The position numbers were made by a program, and so were the translations under genes. A DNA stretch of 59,655 bases, filler included, from Sphacelaria rigidula (lineage: Eukaryota): assembly GCA_964200075.2 (NCBI GenBank). It is 6 parts of 6 records of this genome, joined end to end, with 100 filler letters (N's around TTAATTAATTAA, not from the genome) between each part and the next. Parts side by side here need not be neighbours in the genome. Positions count along the whole stretch, not along the records: positions 19,920 to 29,778 come from CAXNAA020007615.1; positions 29,879 to 39,737 come from CAXNAA020007616.1; 4 more parts are not named here. One strand, given 5' to 3'. The notes beneath the pieces were generated by a model, which was not told where the DNA came from, searched no databases, and saw only the letters and a program-made list of their open reading frames with translations. Of the stretch, positions 25,357-38,499 are shown piece after piece (the first letter of the stretch is position 1; every line of letters starts with the position of its first letter).

Positions 25357-28300
25357 TGAAACGAAATAACGCCGTTACGTTGAGTTGGTAGTGATGATTT
25401 GGATAATGACCGTTGGTAGTGATGATCTGGATAATGACCGGGGACACTAGTGTAATGCGTGAGAGGACCGCGTGCGTAGAGGACCGCATCGGAATTTGAA
25501 CATTCCTATGGTTAGGGTTAGGGTTAGTGTTGGGGTTGGGGTTGAGGTCAGGGGCGTGGTACCTCCAGGGACTGACCCGATTGGTTTTGAAAAACATCGA
25601 TCCTGAGGTGTTTTCAACTACGGCGCGGTCCTCTAAGCACGCGGTCCTCTCACGCATTACCCTAGATCGATACCCTGGCATGTCTAGGAGGCTGTACCTA
25701 CGAGGTCACTCCTGGATAATGAGAATGTTGTAAAGGCTGACAACTGAAACTGAGGCCAGTAAGACTGGGGAATCCCTCAACACCAGTGATCCAGCAGTTC
25801 TTCCACTGGCTGGCGTCACAATATCGATATCAGTGCTAGTGCTAGTGTTGGTGCTAAAAACCCGCTGGAAAGGATTTCGGTAGGAGTCTGGTAGCTGTAG
25901 AAACCTGATACACCACGGACGCGTGGAGAGGGTTCCAGCTGAGGCAGCTGCAGAAAGGCGGCTGGCCTGTGATTGATCCAGACTGGAGAATTGCTGAAGC
26001 TGCGTGCAGCAGGAGTTTGGAGGCTCCTACGACTGTGTGGTGCGGCGACGAAGCAAGGAAAGTGCAATTCGCGAAAGTCCACTGGCCTGCAGAGATTCGC
26101 AGGTAGCCGGTTACAGTTACAGCTATGGCTACTAGCTCACGAGGTACGTCCACCGTGACACCCGTAGCCATGCAAGAAGAGTTGCGACCTCCTCAATACG
26201 GGGACAGGTATTTAGAGAGTGCATCTTGAACGTTTTACACCACGTATTTGAAATACAAAAAGCGTGTGGAGCACGCTAATGCAAGGGGTGCCGTGCGGCA
26301 TCAGGTAGTGACGATGGCTCAACAAGTGCCCACTCATGTACAGAGAATGTTCGTTCGTTTGGAACATGATGAAAGCACTATCACCTCACCCCAATCGGTT
26401 GCGGCGATCAAAAAGCATGCTGGGCATGCGGCGGGCGCCGAGGTAGATCTGACACAAGCGTCCGCGGCCGTGGCGAAGTTGTCGCCATGGACTCCCGGGG
26501 GAAATCGATTTTGGCGCGTGTGGAGTCCATCTAGGCCAATTTGGAGAAGTACTTCACGGAAAATCCGAACGTAGAACTAGTATATCATTTCCCCGATGAT
26601 GAGTTCATTCCCGGTCCGGCAGCAGTAATCACTAAGGCTTTGGTGGAGGGGTTGGCAACAGAAAATTTCAAGCAAGCTGTGCTTATCAAGCTGCAGCACC
26701 AAACAGACTGGAAGGCCGACCCTTACGTGGTGATGAGCACCGTCGTGACCGAGGCCAAGGAATGGCAAAAACTAGAGGTGTTTGGCCAGTCGTCCTCTTC
26801 CCCGAAATCTTTGCGCAACCATGGCTCGAAATCGATCGGTCGCGCTGCCAGTAGTACTTGCCACCGCTGTGGCCAGGTCGGCCATTACGCGCGCGATTGC
26901 CCAACGTCTTCCGGTGGAGAATCTGGGTAGTCTAGTGCTGCGCGCCATCAGCATCGCCAACACAAGGGCAAAAGACGACGTAATCGTGGTGGTGGCGGCG
27001 GATCCTCCGGCGATGCAGGATTGCAAGCGAGCCCTTAGCATAAGCCGCCGCAGCAGCAGCAGGGGCCTGGCTCTGGGTCCAGCGCCGCCGTAGGCGCTGC
27101 TGCTCCGCAACGGGTGGTGCAGGTGGCCCCAACTTCTACAGAGTCGAACACTGCGCCGACGCCGGTGGTAGTGCCAGCGGCGACACCAGCAGCAGCGCCA
27201 GATGCGACGCTTGTTGACGCGCTCGTCGGAGGGTCGCCAAATTCTTGGTTTGCTGGCTGGGTTGCGTACCCGCCGGCGGTGCCGTTTGAACCTGCCGGGG
27301 CGTCTTCGCCTGCGCAGCTTTCGCAGCTTGCGCAGCTGTGGCGTCAACTGAGATTAGCGGCGCATAGGTCAGCGGAAGAAGTTTCAGTGGAGCTTGCCGA
27401 CAGATACATTCCGGCGGAGTTATGTCGTCCGAATCAACGGCAGCGTGGGAGCCATTGTGGTTCGGTCTGTGTTGGATTCTGGTGCCCATTTCACTAGTCT
27501 GCCGGTGCAGCTGGTTGATATTCTGGAGCGAAAACTCCCGAGGTTGCCGCTGCGCATCTTCTTTTCGCTCGGGGCGCGGCAGGTAGTCACCGGGTCAGGT
27601 CGGCATGTTTCTGTCACGGAACGTACTGTTCCGTTGCAGCTAGCCTTCAAGACTGCTTGGCGGCTGGCGCCGTTGCCTCCGATCTCGTTTACGATTATGC
27701 CAGGGTCGGATGGCGTTGTTCTTCTGGGGCTGCTGACGCTACAGGATCTAGGAGTCGACCCGTATGAGCGGTTGAAGGACTCCATCAAGACGCGGATGTC
27801 TCCGCCTGGTCCGCACGGGGAGACACCCGCCTTTTTGGGCAGTCGTCGCATGAGCTTGTCGGTGGATGCTTTGCAGGAGGCTGGGGGGTAGGTGACCGAG
27901 GAGCGGGATGCGGCGGTGGAACGCTTAGTAGAGCGCGGCCCGGATATGTTCATGGACCCGGCAGAAGAGGAGTCCGCTCGGAAGGTCGCGCTGGAGAAGA
28001 GCGTGACAGATGCTGTGACGAAACGCCTCGGCGTTTCCAAAGCAGAGCGCCTGCGCGGCATCTTGCATCGCCGCGTCAACGCGTTTCGTCGTGCGCTGCG
28101 GGGTGATCCCCCTGCGCGCGTGGAGCCCAGGCGTGTTCAGCTGAAACCTGGGGCACCCGCGGTGAATGCGAAGCCGCGGCGGTACGATCCGGTGAGGTCA
28201 AGCTGGTTGGTGTCGTGCATGGTGGCTTTTTGGCGCTTGGGTTGGCAGTCCGGAACCTGCAGGCAGTATGATCCAGTCCGGCGATGGCGGTTCCCCAGAG

Positions 28301-29690
28301 AGACTTGTTTCGCCTGGTAAACGACTACAAGGCCGTAAATGACCAGGTTGAGAAGTCGCCGGGTGTGATGCACAATCAAGAGTCGGACATGCGTGATCTC
28401 TTGAGTGCTCGCTTTGTTGGCAAGTTGGACCTCCTCCAAGGTTATTGGCAGATGCCGTTGGCGGCGGAGACGCAGGATATTTTCACAATCATGACCCCGT
28501 TAGGGATGTTCACCCCGAAGGGAGTACCGCAAGGCGTGTTGAATGCCACAGCATATTTTAAAGGTATTATGACAGAACTGCTTGTCGGCTTGAAATGCAA
28601 GATATGGGTGGATGATGTGTTTTTTTCACGGATACGGAAGACGAACGTTTAGACACGATTGATGCTATCTTGGCCCGTTTAGAGAATGATGGTCGTTTGC
28701 GGCGGCGCACTAATGCACTTTCTAAGCTGGTGATCTCGTATGGTGTGGGAAAGTATACTCACACGGACGCGTATCTCATGACCCTCTCAGATTGCAAGGC
28801 TTGTCTGACATGCGGCCCCCGGAGACGGCCGCAGAACTCATCCAATTCCTGCAGGCCGTGAATTGGCTGCGTACCTCGTTGTCGCATATGGCAGAAACCG
28901 TAGCTCCCTTGCATTGTTTCCTCGAAGAACTCATGGCTCTTTCGGCGCTCGGGTTGGTGTTACGGAATCTGCAGGCGGGGTGGTCCAGTCCCGATATGGC
29001 GTTCTCGAAGAAGGCTGCATCGTGGACGGAGGGTAGGCTGCAGGCGTGGGCGGCAGCGAAGGATCTGGTGGCTCATGCCGTGACGCTGTTCCATCCTCGT
29101 CCTGATTGCCAGGTGTCACTGTTCCCGTATGCATCTGAGTTCCATTGGGGTAATTTGGTCATGCAGGTGCCTATAGTTGAAATTTAAATGCATGTGCGCG
29201 CTGTGGCTGTGTATGGTCCGTGTGAACCTGATGACTCGATGCCGTCCAAATCTGTTATCCGCCAAGCGCAACGAAAAGACCCTGGGGCCGAAGATGCAGA
29301 TGTTCAATCTTTCAAGTCGGACGTTGGTACTGCTATCTTGGACAATGAAGGTCTATTTCGTGTGCATGTGCATGGCCGAAACGTTTTGTGGATTCCGAGT
29401 TTTGACGAGGAGCTGCTGGTACGCCTGATGATTTACGCGCACATGCGCGACGCCCGGTATTGTGGTGTGGCTGCGGCGCTCGTGCGCTTGCAAGCGTTTT
29501 GTGTCTGACAGAGGATAGAAGCTCATGTGCGCGAATTTGTCCGTCAGTGTCCTCACTGTGCTGACTCGAGGACGGGCGATGTTGTTCCCCGCCCGCTCGG
29601 CGAAACGGTCCATGGGACCACGCCGAATGAAGTCTCTCATTTTGACTTCTTGTACGTGGGCGAGAATGGCCCGCTAGCTTCCCAAGATTT
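25357..29690 (+). mobile_element. Degenerate Ty3/Gypsy element: LTR 25357-25820, gag, protease, RT, deleted RNase H, integrase N-terminus
   Basis: CHRCGQVGHYARDC; LDSGA; DYKAVN...KLDLLQGYWQ...PQG...WVDD; VRQCPHC...HFDFLY; many stops and frameshifts. Confidence 0.93.
25450..25662. mobile_element. Tc1/mariner-type MITE (TA TSD, about 38-bp TIRs) containing telomere-like repeats, inserted in the Gypsy LTR
   Basis: TIR G(G/T)GTAATGCGTGAGAGGACCGCGTGC; TA on both sides; the empty site is in the sister LTR at about 22055. Confidence 0.9.
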
Positions 29691-30229
29691 GTCGGACCCT
29701 TTCTACGATAGCCCCCCCCCCCCGAAACCCACGCGGGTCTCCCTCCCCACAGGGATGCGGGGTCAAAGGTCAGGTCGGNNNNNNNNNNNNNNNNNNNNNN
29801 NNNNNNNNNNNNNNNNNNNNNNTTAATTAATTAANNNNNNNNNNNNNNNNNNNNNNNNNNNNNNNNNNNNNNNNNNNNTTTTAGAGCGTCTGGCCCGGCC
29901 GGGGCCACGCCGGGGGGGGGGGAGGGGGGGGGGGGGGGGGGAGATGAGGTTCATTCATCTCTCGAGAGTGGAGAATCATGCCGAGGAAGGGGGGGAAGTT
30001 GAAACTATGACCGCAAAGAGTAAAAATATATATTTTTGTCATCGCATAGACCAATAGCTGAATCTACCAAATTTTTCAACACGTATCTCACGTGACCGGC
30101 AAAGAGGCGAGAGCAGGACGGAATCGCTGGTTGGATCCACATCCCTGATGTTCGCGATACACTTCGCAAAAATATCGAGAAACAGTATACCGTTACTATT
30201 TCTGCTTGATTTTTATTGCGTCGAATAGT

Positions 30230-30968
30230 TCCAAGGGTCGAACGAATTAATGATTCGTCCGGAAATGACTTGATTTTAGTGTGATTGATTTGTACGGACG
30301 AGTCAATCCTTACGCTTCGTTTTCAGTGTTGCAACCTAGGTACGCGCAGCCCAGGCACGTGGAATGGCGCGAAAGTTGCGTGGAGACTTGTTTGAACAGC
30401 GGTGGACTTCTAGTGAACCACCCACGACTTCCAGCCAACTTCCACACTTGAAAAAAAAGAAGTTGTCTTCTAAAAATGCTGTTGAAGCAAGAGACAAAAC
30501 CAAGAGACAAGATACCTTTCGTGAACCACGTCCGGGGCGGTCATGTCCAGCCCCGATGTGTCCGGTGTCAGGGCGAACACCGTCTTCGCCTTCACGTACG
30601 TCTCTGGCCTGCTTCATGTACCACGACCAAACGATTCGACAAAATCAGACACAAACGTTCGCAAACAACGCTGAGATTTTGCTGTTGGGCACATGGAGGC
30701 ATAAATACATATATATATATATATATATATATCGATATTTGAGGAGTGCATCACCGATCGAGAGCTTGCATGAAATCTCTGGTTGTGCGCAACATTTGCA
30801 AATATTGTACTTGTTGTATATTGCAAGGGTCGGATAAATAATGATTCGTCTGGAAATCACTTGGTTTTTGTGTAATTGATTCGATTCGTACTAATCAATC
30901 CTTAGGCTTTGTTTTCAGCGTTGCAACCCAGGTACACCCAGCCCAGACACATGGAATGCCGCAAAAGT
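30230..30968. repeat. Two direct copies (about 140 bp, at about 30230 and 30822) of a dispersed repeat, also present inverted at 1-65
   Basis: Shared AATGATTCGTC.GGAAAT...TTTTCAG.GTTGCAACC.AGGTAC. Confidence 0.8.
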
Positions 30969-31602
30969 TNNNNNNNNNNTGGATACCCCTTGGACAAGCG
31001 GTCAGTTTCTTTCTCCCTTCTGGGCAATCAGGCCGAAGAAAACGTGGATTTGGTGATTTTGAGTCGTGATGAGTCGTGATGAGTCGTCCTAACCGCGACA
31101 TATTGTTCGTCGTGACGGGTTTTGCACGGTAGTGTCGTGTAGAGTATAGCCTTGACAACTCAGTACACCACAGCAATAGTTACGTGGGCTCTTGATGTAC
31201 ATGGTGCGGAGGTGTCTCAGGACAGTACCAAATATTGAAGAAAAAAAAAAAACTACACTATACATATTTTCCCTGCGATGTTTCCCCGTCCTCGAGCCGG
31301 GGAAACATTTCCCTTCAACAAGCTTCGGAACCCACAATTATACATACAGATACAAATATGTCAAAAGGGCTGCTTTGAAACAAGGTTTCTCGCTACAGAC
31401 GGCACGCTCTGTGCTCAAACTTGTACCAAAGCAAAGATGATGTATGTCGTCTATGTCTATTCGTGTGGTACACTCAACGTGGTTCAATGTTTCGATTTTT
31501 TTTTCGCCAACACTTGCGCATCAACGTTGCCGTATCATTGCGCACACAGAAAGAGTTTGCGAAGCAGGCAGGCATCGCGCTTCACTGAAGGGACAGGAGC
31601 AG

Positions 31603-31905
31603 TTTTTTTTTCTTCCTCACACTTCGAACCCCTCCCCTTCCTCGGGATGAGTCCGTGGTCTCAAGGGATCAACCCTTCTCTCCCCCGGAACGTGCCTTTC
31701 ATTTTGGTCTCGCAGATTGGGTCAGCACTCCCACACCGCGTCAACTCACGTCAAACAAACCCAGTCGACTACTTTGTTTTCTCATGTTATCATGCTTTCC
31801 ACGGTGGAAATCAGACACTACGAAGAAGAAACCCAACGCATCGGGAATCGAACCCCCGTTCTCTCCACCCTAATGGCGACAGTGGGACCATTACACCACC
31901 GGGGC
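31603..31905 (-). mobile_element. Near full-length tRNA-derived SINE with A-rich tail
   Basis: Minus strand reads GCCCCGGTGGTGTAATGG (A box) ... GGTTCGATTCC (B box), then an about 230-bp body and a GAAAAAAAAA tail. Confidence 0.75.
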
Positions 31906-31974
31906 GCGGCGGTGTATTTTCACATTCTTCATTTTTTTTCCCTTTCCTGGGCAAAACAATCCTGCACTGTATAC

Positions 31975-34900
31975 CTCATTCAACATAGCACGAAGTAGAC
32001 CATTGCCTCCGGACATCCCTCCCGTGTGATGCGTTTCCCGGACCGAAACATTTTTCACCCAGGGGCCGTAGGTACCATGTTGCACGGTACCCCAGGCGAA
32101 CGGATTGTTGTCACTCGGAGTCATACTAAATCCGATCTCGACGTTGTCGCGGAGCGCGGCGGCCCTACCCCATCGAGAGTTGAATAATTTTGAATATCAT
32201 CGTTCGATAAGATACAGTATTTACGTAAAAACATAACCTTACCGCAAATATGCGGCGTCTTGTTCGTAGCGAACACCGAGTTTGGGGTTTCATCACCCTC
32301 CTCGGATAAACCCTAGCAGGATGCCTCTCACACTTCCTGCGACTCGTCGACACACCACGGCGCTTCGAGCTTGGTGATTGATTGCGAGCCTGATCCGGCG
32401 AAAACCCGGCGTGCCTCGTCCCGGCTTTGAAGGGATGCGAGACCAATGGTCATATGGCTATGGCATGCAAGATCATGAGTACACCCCCCCTCGGGAATGG
32501 TTCTTCTATCGTCACGGTTTCAATGTCCCCCTTCCTCAGGACGAGTCCTTTGTGTTGAGGGATCTTCAAACCATTTCTCCCCCGTTGGTATACCCCGTAC
32601 AGCACCCACGGTAGTCTCAAGATGGATTTTGGAGGTCATCAATAGCTGTCGACATGGTTTTGTTTTGGAATCTCGGAAGACGTCGTTCGTTAAGTACTTC
32701 AATCTCAAGTTAGGAATAGCAGTGACGGTACTGGAAAGGTGAGCCTACGTATGTGACTACGGCTCCGAGAGATAAATCTCCGGAGAGAATCGAGAGTTTG
32801 GGCTCATGTGCGGAATAATAATAATAAAATAATCATCATACTACATATACATTAATGACGATAACAATAGTACTTACTAGTTTTAATCCATCCTGACACT
32901 AATAATGACGAATATCCCCAATGGTACCACCAATAATAACACAAAAGTAATAGTAACAACTCTTAAGCTAATGGTAATGATGACGACACAACTACTACAA
33001 CTACTACAACTACTACAACTACTCCTCCTGCTGCTACTACTACAAGAAAAGAAAAAGACATCAGTCACTCACGTTGTAGTTCAATAGTTAAATGGGATAC
33101 TTGCACTGACTCGCTGAGGCAGCAAGGTAAAAGGCCGGCAAACACAGGACAACTACCCCCCGTAGTACTGGACAAACCAACACAACATGGTCATGAATCG
33201 ACAACCACAATCCCCAAATGCCGTGCGAGAAAAAGACACACACACATGTACATGTATAGTAAATATATATATATAGTTATTTGCCGACGTACCGTAAAAA
33301 ATTGGCGTCCTTCTTGATTAAGCTGCGCATGCTACGATTTCTCTTGGCAGTGATGCAAGCATCGAAGAACACGATGTCCAGGTCTCCCTCTTCCGGCTGA
33401 ATGCGCGCGTCTACGAAGTTTTGAAATGCCTGAGCGTGTGCCACGTCGTTTGAAAAAAAGAAGAAGAAGTAAACGAACAAGGTAATAATGAAAAAAAACG
33501 CGCTCATGACCCATGAAATGAAATTCTGCAATGTTGATTGAGAGAGTATTCTGAGGAATTATACAGACGTCCCACGAAAGGTTCGGCGTGTGCACTACAA
33601 GCATCGCTCTAGAATTCACCACATGTCGGACCAACACGAGTGTGACTCTTGGCACTCACATTCGTTGGGCTGCTCGTTGGCTGCAAAAATTAATAGGGCG
33701 AACACTCGAGTCATTGCTCGTCATGGAAAAAATTAACCCCTTCGGGACCGGGCCTCCAAAACGACTAATGAGGCTGGTTAGGAATGACGTGTCTGGCGTC
33801 CGCACGAAACCGTGGCATGATGCTGAAAATCCGCGTGTGTGACCGCAGGGTTATGAGGAAGACCGAAGGTTTCATCTGATCTATTTTCAGGTGCAGTGTG
33901 CGCACCAGGTAATGTACATCTGATGTAGCAAGCAGTATGTGTCGCCGTATAGAGCTTTCAACAGGATGCGGGGACCGGCGGGCCGCCCGCCACTTATGGC
34001 CTTGGATGATATTATTGTCCCCATCACCTTGCCACGCAGCCCTTTGCGGTCAGGGTGGGCCGCCATTTCCCTCTTTGTTGCATGCGACCAATTCTCGTTG
34101 AAGGGTGTGGGCGTTGCGGCGCACATACATACATACACTACAGTACAGTGCAGTACGGCTTTCCGACTGCAGCAGCAGCTGCCGCTGCATACTCCCTTGC
34201 ACGTTCTGGGCAGCTCTCAGTGACGGAGATCAGCTGCCTATACACAGCCTGTTCATCCCCGCCCACTACATACATGTTTACAGTGTTCTCCAAGTCATCG
34301 GCAGAGGTATAAGCAGAATTCATGACGGTAGTTCCTTTTGTCTTTCCACGGTCTACCTGGGTTTAGTGCCTCATGAAAGTGACCACATTGTGGCATGTAC
34401 ACTCCTTCCCGGTTTTCCCATTCAACCCTGTGTAAGTGTAATTACTATGTTTCAGTATAGGCTGGCGACCCCAAAAAACTCCCGGGAAATCCCGGGAACG
34501 CTATACTGAACGCAAGTAATACGATAAGCCATGTTCCGAGCATCCCGGTTTTGGAAACCTCGGAAGGCCTATCTGGGCCAGGGATAGGGCCCCCACACGA
34601 TCTTTGCAGTGACATCACACTCGGCAACAGTCCCCGCGGGCAGGTCGCTCCCTGACTCATTTTTTAATACTTCAACACAGGAACAACCCCGTGTTAGTGG
34701 TGTTAGCGTTGATAGGGCGAGCACTCGGGTCATTGCTTGTTGTTAAAAAAAGGTATGACTCGAGCACACGAGTCATGCTCGTTGTGTTTTCAAAAAGACA
34801 TCCACGAGTGCACTCGTTTCGACAGTTAATGACTCGCCCGACGTGTGGAATTTACACACCGTGGACAAAGGATTACAATGGCGAAAAGTGTGCAGCGTAG

Positions 34901-37900
34901 TGCAATAAGACAAGAGATTAGATACTGTACGTAGTAACACTTTTTTGAGGCAGTAAATCCATTCGCCAGGGTGTGACAACTTCCGCGGTGGGACACTTTT
35001 GCATGGCGTTACCCGGAACAGAACAGAACCAAAGAGGAAGCTTCCTCGGGCCGGCATAATCCTAAAAAAATCGCACAAAACATCGCACACGAAACATCGC
35101 ACACAAAAAATCCCCCGGATTGGTCTAGAACGAGCTCTACAAACGACAAACGACTATCGGTTTATTTGGTTTTATGCTGTGCCGTCATGATGGAATATAT
35201 GTCAAAACCGCGCACAGACAATCAACTCTCTGGAGACAGACCAGTGTAATCTAAACTGCATGTAAAGGCGGTTATTTTTTGTTTTGTTCTTATTTTTGCG
35301 TACGCGGCAGCAAGCACACTGAAAAAAATAAACAAATATTTAGAGGAACGATAACGACATGGGCGTTGAGAATCCTCATAAAAAAAAGACCCTGCAGACA
35401 GGAACGCATTTGTTTGAGTGGATGAAGTGGATGAAGTGGCGAAAGTCCATGTGAAAATGCTTTAGGCAGTGTCACCATCTAAACTGCATGTCAAGGTCAT
35501 TCGTCAGACTTTTGTTTTTGTGAAAGCAGTTGTTTCTCGTCCACTACACAGTCCAGGTAGTATGATTTTGCTGTGATGGTGAACATATGTTTTTTCATAT
35601 CTTCAATATATAATCGTTGCCCCTGGGCGTGACCTGATAAATAGCAACATAATCAAAATCAACATGGCTAATCGAATGACCCACTGTGCTGTGGGGCGCT
35701 GTACGGAATCCATCGCCGAGGGTGACAAATGAAACCCCATCTCGATTTTCTCGTTAGTTGCGACGCCGCCGAAAGTTTTCTCGTCGACACGACTGGAAAT
35801 CGCCTACTAAGTAGATATTCCGGCGATGATGATATATGATAGTAGTGCGCACCCTTGCTGTTAGAAAAATCGATGTGGACAATTTTTTATCACGCCGGGT
35901 CATTGGTTTTAGCATCGGACACATCATGATCTGTGCCAGACAACAGATCAAAGAAGACTCTCGAATCCGTTGCTCCAAAAACACAAAATATGTGACCGCT
36001 GAGTCAGAGAAGCCAAAGCTCAACCTTTGCGCCACTCGGCGTGCTCGGCATCCAGCGCTCTGAGGAGCAAACATGAAAAAGGGAGGCCACACGATCCGGA
36101 TCAGTATACTGAAAAGACTCAATTTCCAGACGGATCATGATCTGTCCGGCGTGTGATTGGCTTATCGATTTGTTGCTGCATAGAAACTGACTGATCACCG
36201 AGTAATGTAGCCCCGGTCACAATTTAGGCACGACTGTCTGCCTCAAAGGCCCATATTAGCGGGCTAAAATTATACAGCCAGCGGCAAAGTAAGCTTCCAA
36301 AAGCAGCATGTTGAATCGTCATCCCACGGCGTCATGCCGCGGTGATCAAACAACATGCTGCTTTTGGACGCTTCCTACGCCCTTCGTTGCTTCCTGCAGC
36401 CAGTGAAAATAGGTCCCAAAACTCGACAGGACGGATTGTCATCTGTTCGACCGCAACTGAAGACATACTAGTGCTGGATATCGTATCGAAATTTTCGATA
36501 TATCGTATCGAAAGTTTCGATATATCGTATCGAAAACGTTTCGTTAAAACGAAAAGAGGTGTGGTGCGACTATCGGGTTTTGTCAAATTTGGACCCGTTT
36601 TCTCCCATCATAGGCTAGGAGATCTTGATTTGGCCAGTTTCGATGGGAATATGACATGAAGCCATGTATCCCAATTATCTCGCCTCCGGCGGCGCCTCCT
36701 CACGAGCCGCGGGGGGGGGGGGGGGGGGGGGGCGGGCCGCCGACCCGCGCGGGGGGGTTGCGGGGGCGCCACCAATAAAAAAAATATATTTTTATATCTG
36801 CAAAAANNNNNNNNNNACTTCTGTTCTCCCCTTGCCGCGCCCGGCGCCCGCGCCGTGCGGGGGGGGGGGGGGGGGGGGGGTGGTTACTCGCACAGCAAGC
36901 GCTTGCCGAGGTTAGGCTTCGCCCAAATTTATCGAAAATTATCTTTATCGAACGCTGAAAAAGTCGATATCGCATCGAAGTGCTAAATGGTTCGATATCC
37001 AACACTAACACACACACACCGCTTGACGCGGACAAACGCAAGTACCTGAGTATCATGCATAGCCTCCGCGAAAGGTCTGGAGTCTCTCTCCAGCTTGTCA
37101 AGATAGTCCTCCACCGAAAAGAGCCTGACGGGATTGGGATCCTGCTTGGTTGGATACACCAAGAATCTTCGGTACCCGGAGAGCAGCGCCACGAAGAACC
37201 GAAGGAATGCCTCCCTACATATTCCATGGGACAAGATGAGAAGAAAAAAAAACGCTGTTTGCCGCTTGAATGTAAATTTTCCAAGGTTATGATGATCTGT
37301 AGCGTGGATTGACCAAAAATCGGGTATTGAAAAAAGTATAAAAGCGGTACTTTATCGGTAGGTACCCTTCCGAACCATACCGGGTTATTCGGAACAAGGC
37401 TCGACACCTTGCCGGATCCGGCAGAATTTACTGGCGTTGGGCTACAATTACACAAGGTTGATATTACTTGATCTGAGTGTGTACAACGAGCATTGGATGT
37501 TCAGTACGGCTGACAGTCCTGTGTGCTGCTCCTCGCGTGCGCAGAACGCGTTTTCGTTGAAATCGGCGCCACAGTCGCCAACTTGGGGTCTACCAAGACC
37601 GCGCTTTGCCTAGGGAATGCTGTGTACCGCCCTTACCCGCGGGTTCTCGGTATGTGTTGGGTTGGGGTTGGGATTGGGGTTGGGGTTAGGGTTAGGGGTA
37701 GCGATACTTGTAAAATTGTGTCAACCATGAACATATGTAGTCCAACGCCGGTAAACTAGCCTCGCCGGGTCATACCGGGATGCTCGATACACATTTCGGT
37801 ATGGTTTAGTATGCCAACAAAAAAAACTCCAGTCCCGGATATACCCCCATTTTGTAAAACACAACGTTGAAATTTCGATCTCTACGTTTGCAAATACATT

Positions 37901-38458
37901 CCACATCGCGACCATCAAACCGATGGTTGATTTGGTTGGTTGGTTGGTTGGTTGATTGTCGCACTTTAACTGACATGCTTACGTGATGGGCGTACGTACG
38001 TGCACAAGACAAATCAAAACTGAAACACTCGCTGAAAGAAAAAAAAGGAGCAGCAAAAGTCGAACAGAACGACATAGTAGACTAAGACGTTGAAAAAAAA
38101 AAAAAGGATGAATCATCTCGAATTAGGCAAGTTCTCTTGTAACGTTTGAGCAAAGACATTGCAGCATTCCCCCCCGAGTTTCCGTCGTGTGACTATGTAA
38201 GGAACCAAGGTTGGCAACAGTAATTCCATTTAAACCAACGGACTGTAGTGTGCGAGTGCGGGCCTAATGGTAAATAATGACGTGCAAGGCAGGTAAGTAC
38301 CGGGGGGGGGGGGGGGGGGGGTGGGGTGTTTTTTTTTTACCCCCCCGGGCCCCTCCCCCGGGGGGGGGGGGGGGGGAATAAAAAAAAGGNNNNNNNNNNT
38401 TTTATTTTTTTTAATTTGTTGGTTGGGGGGGGGGGGTGTTAGGTTAAAAATAGGAGTT

Positions 38459-38499
<41 letters not shown>

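Noticed and set aside
33887..34138. An additional DENN exon
   Set aside because: The flanking exons already join as DTQ|AFQNF, matching the dDENN pattern.
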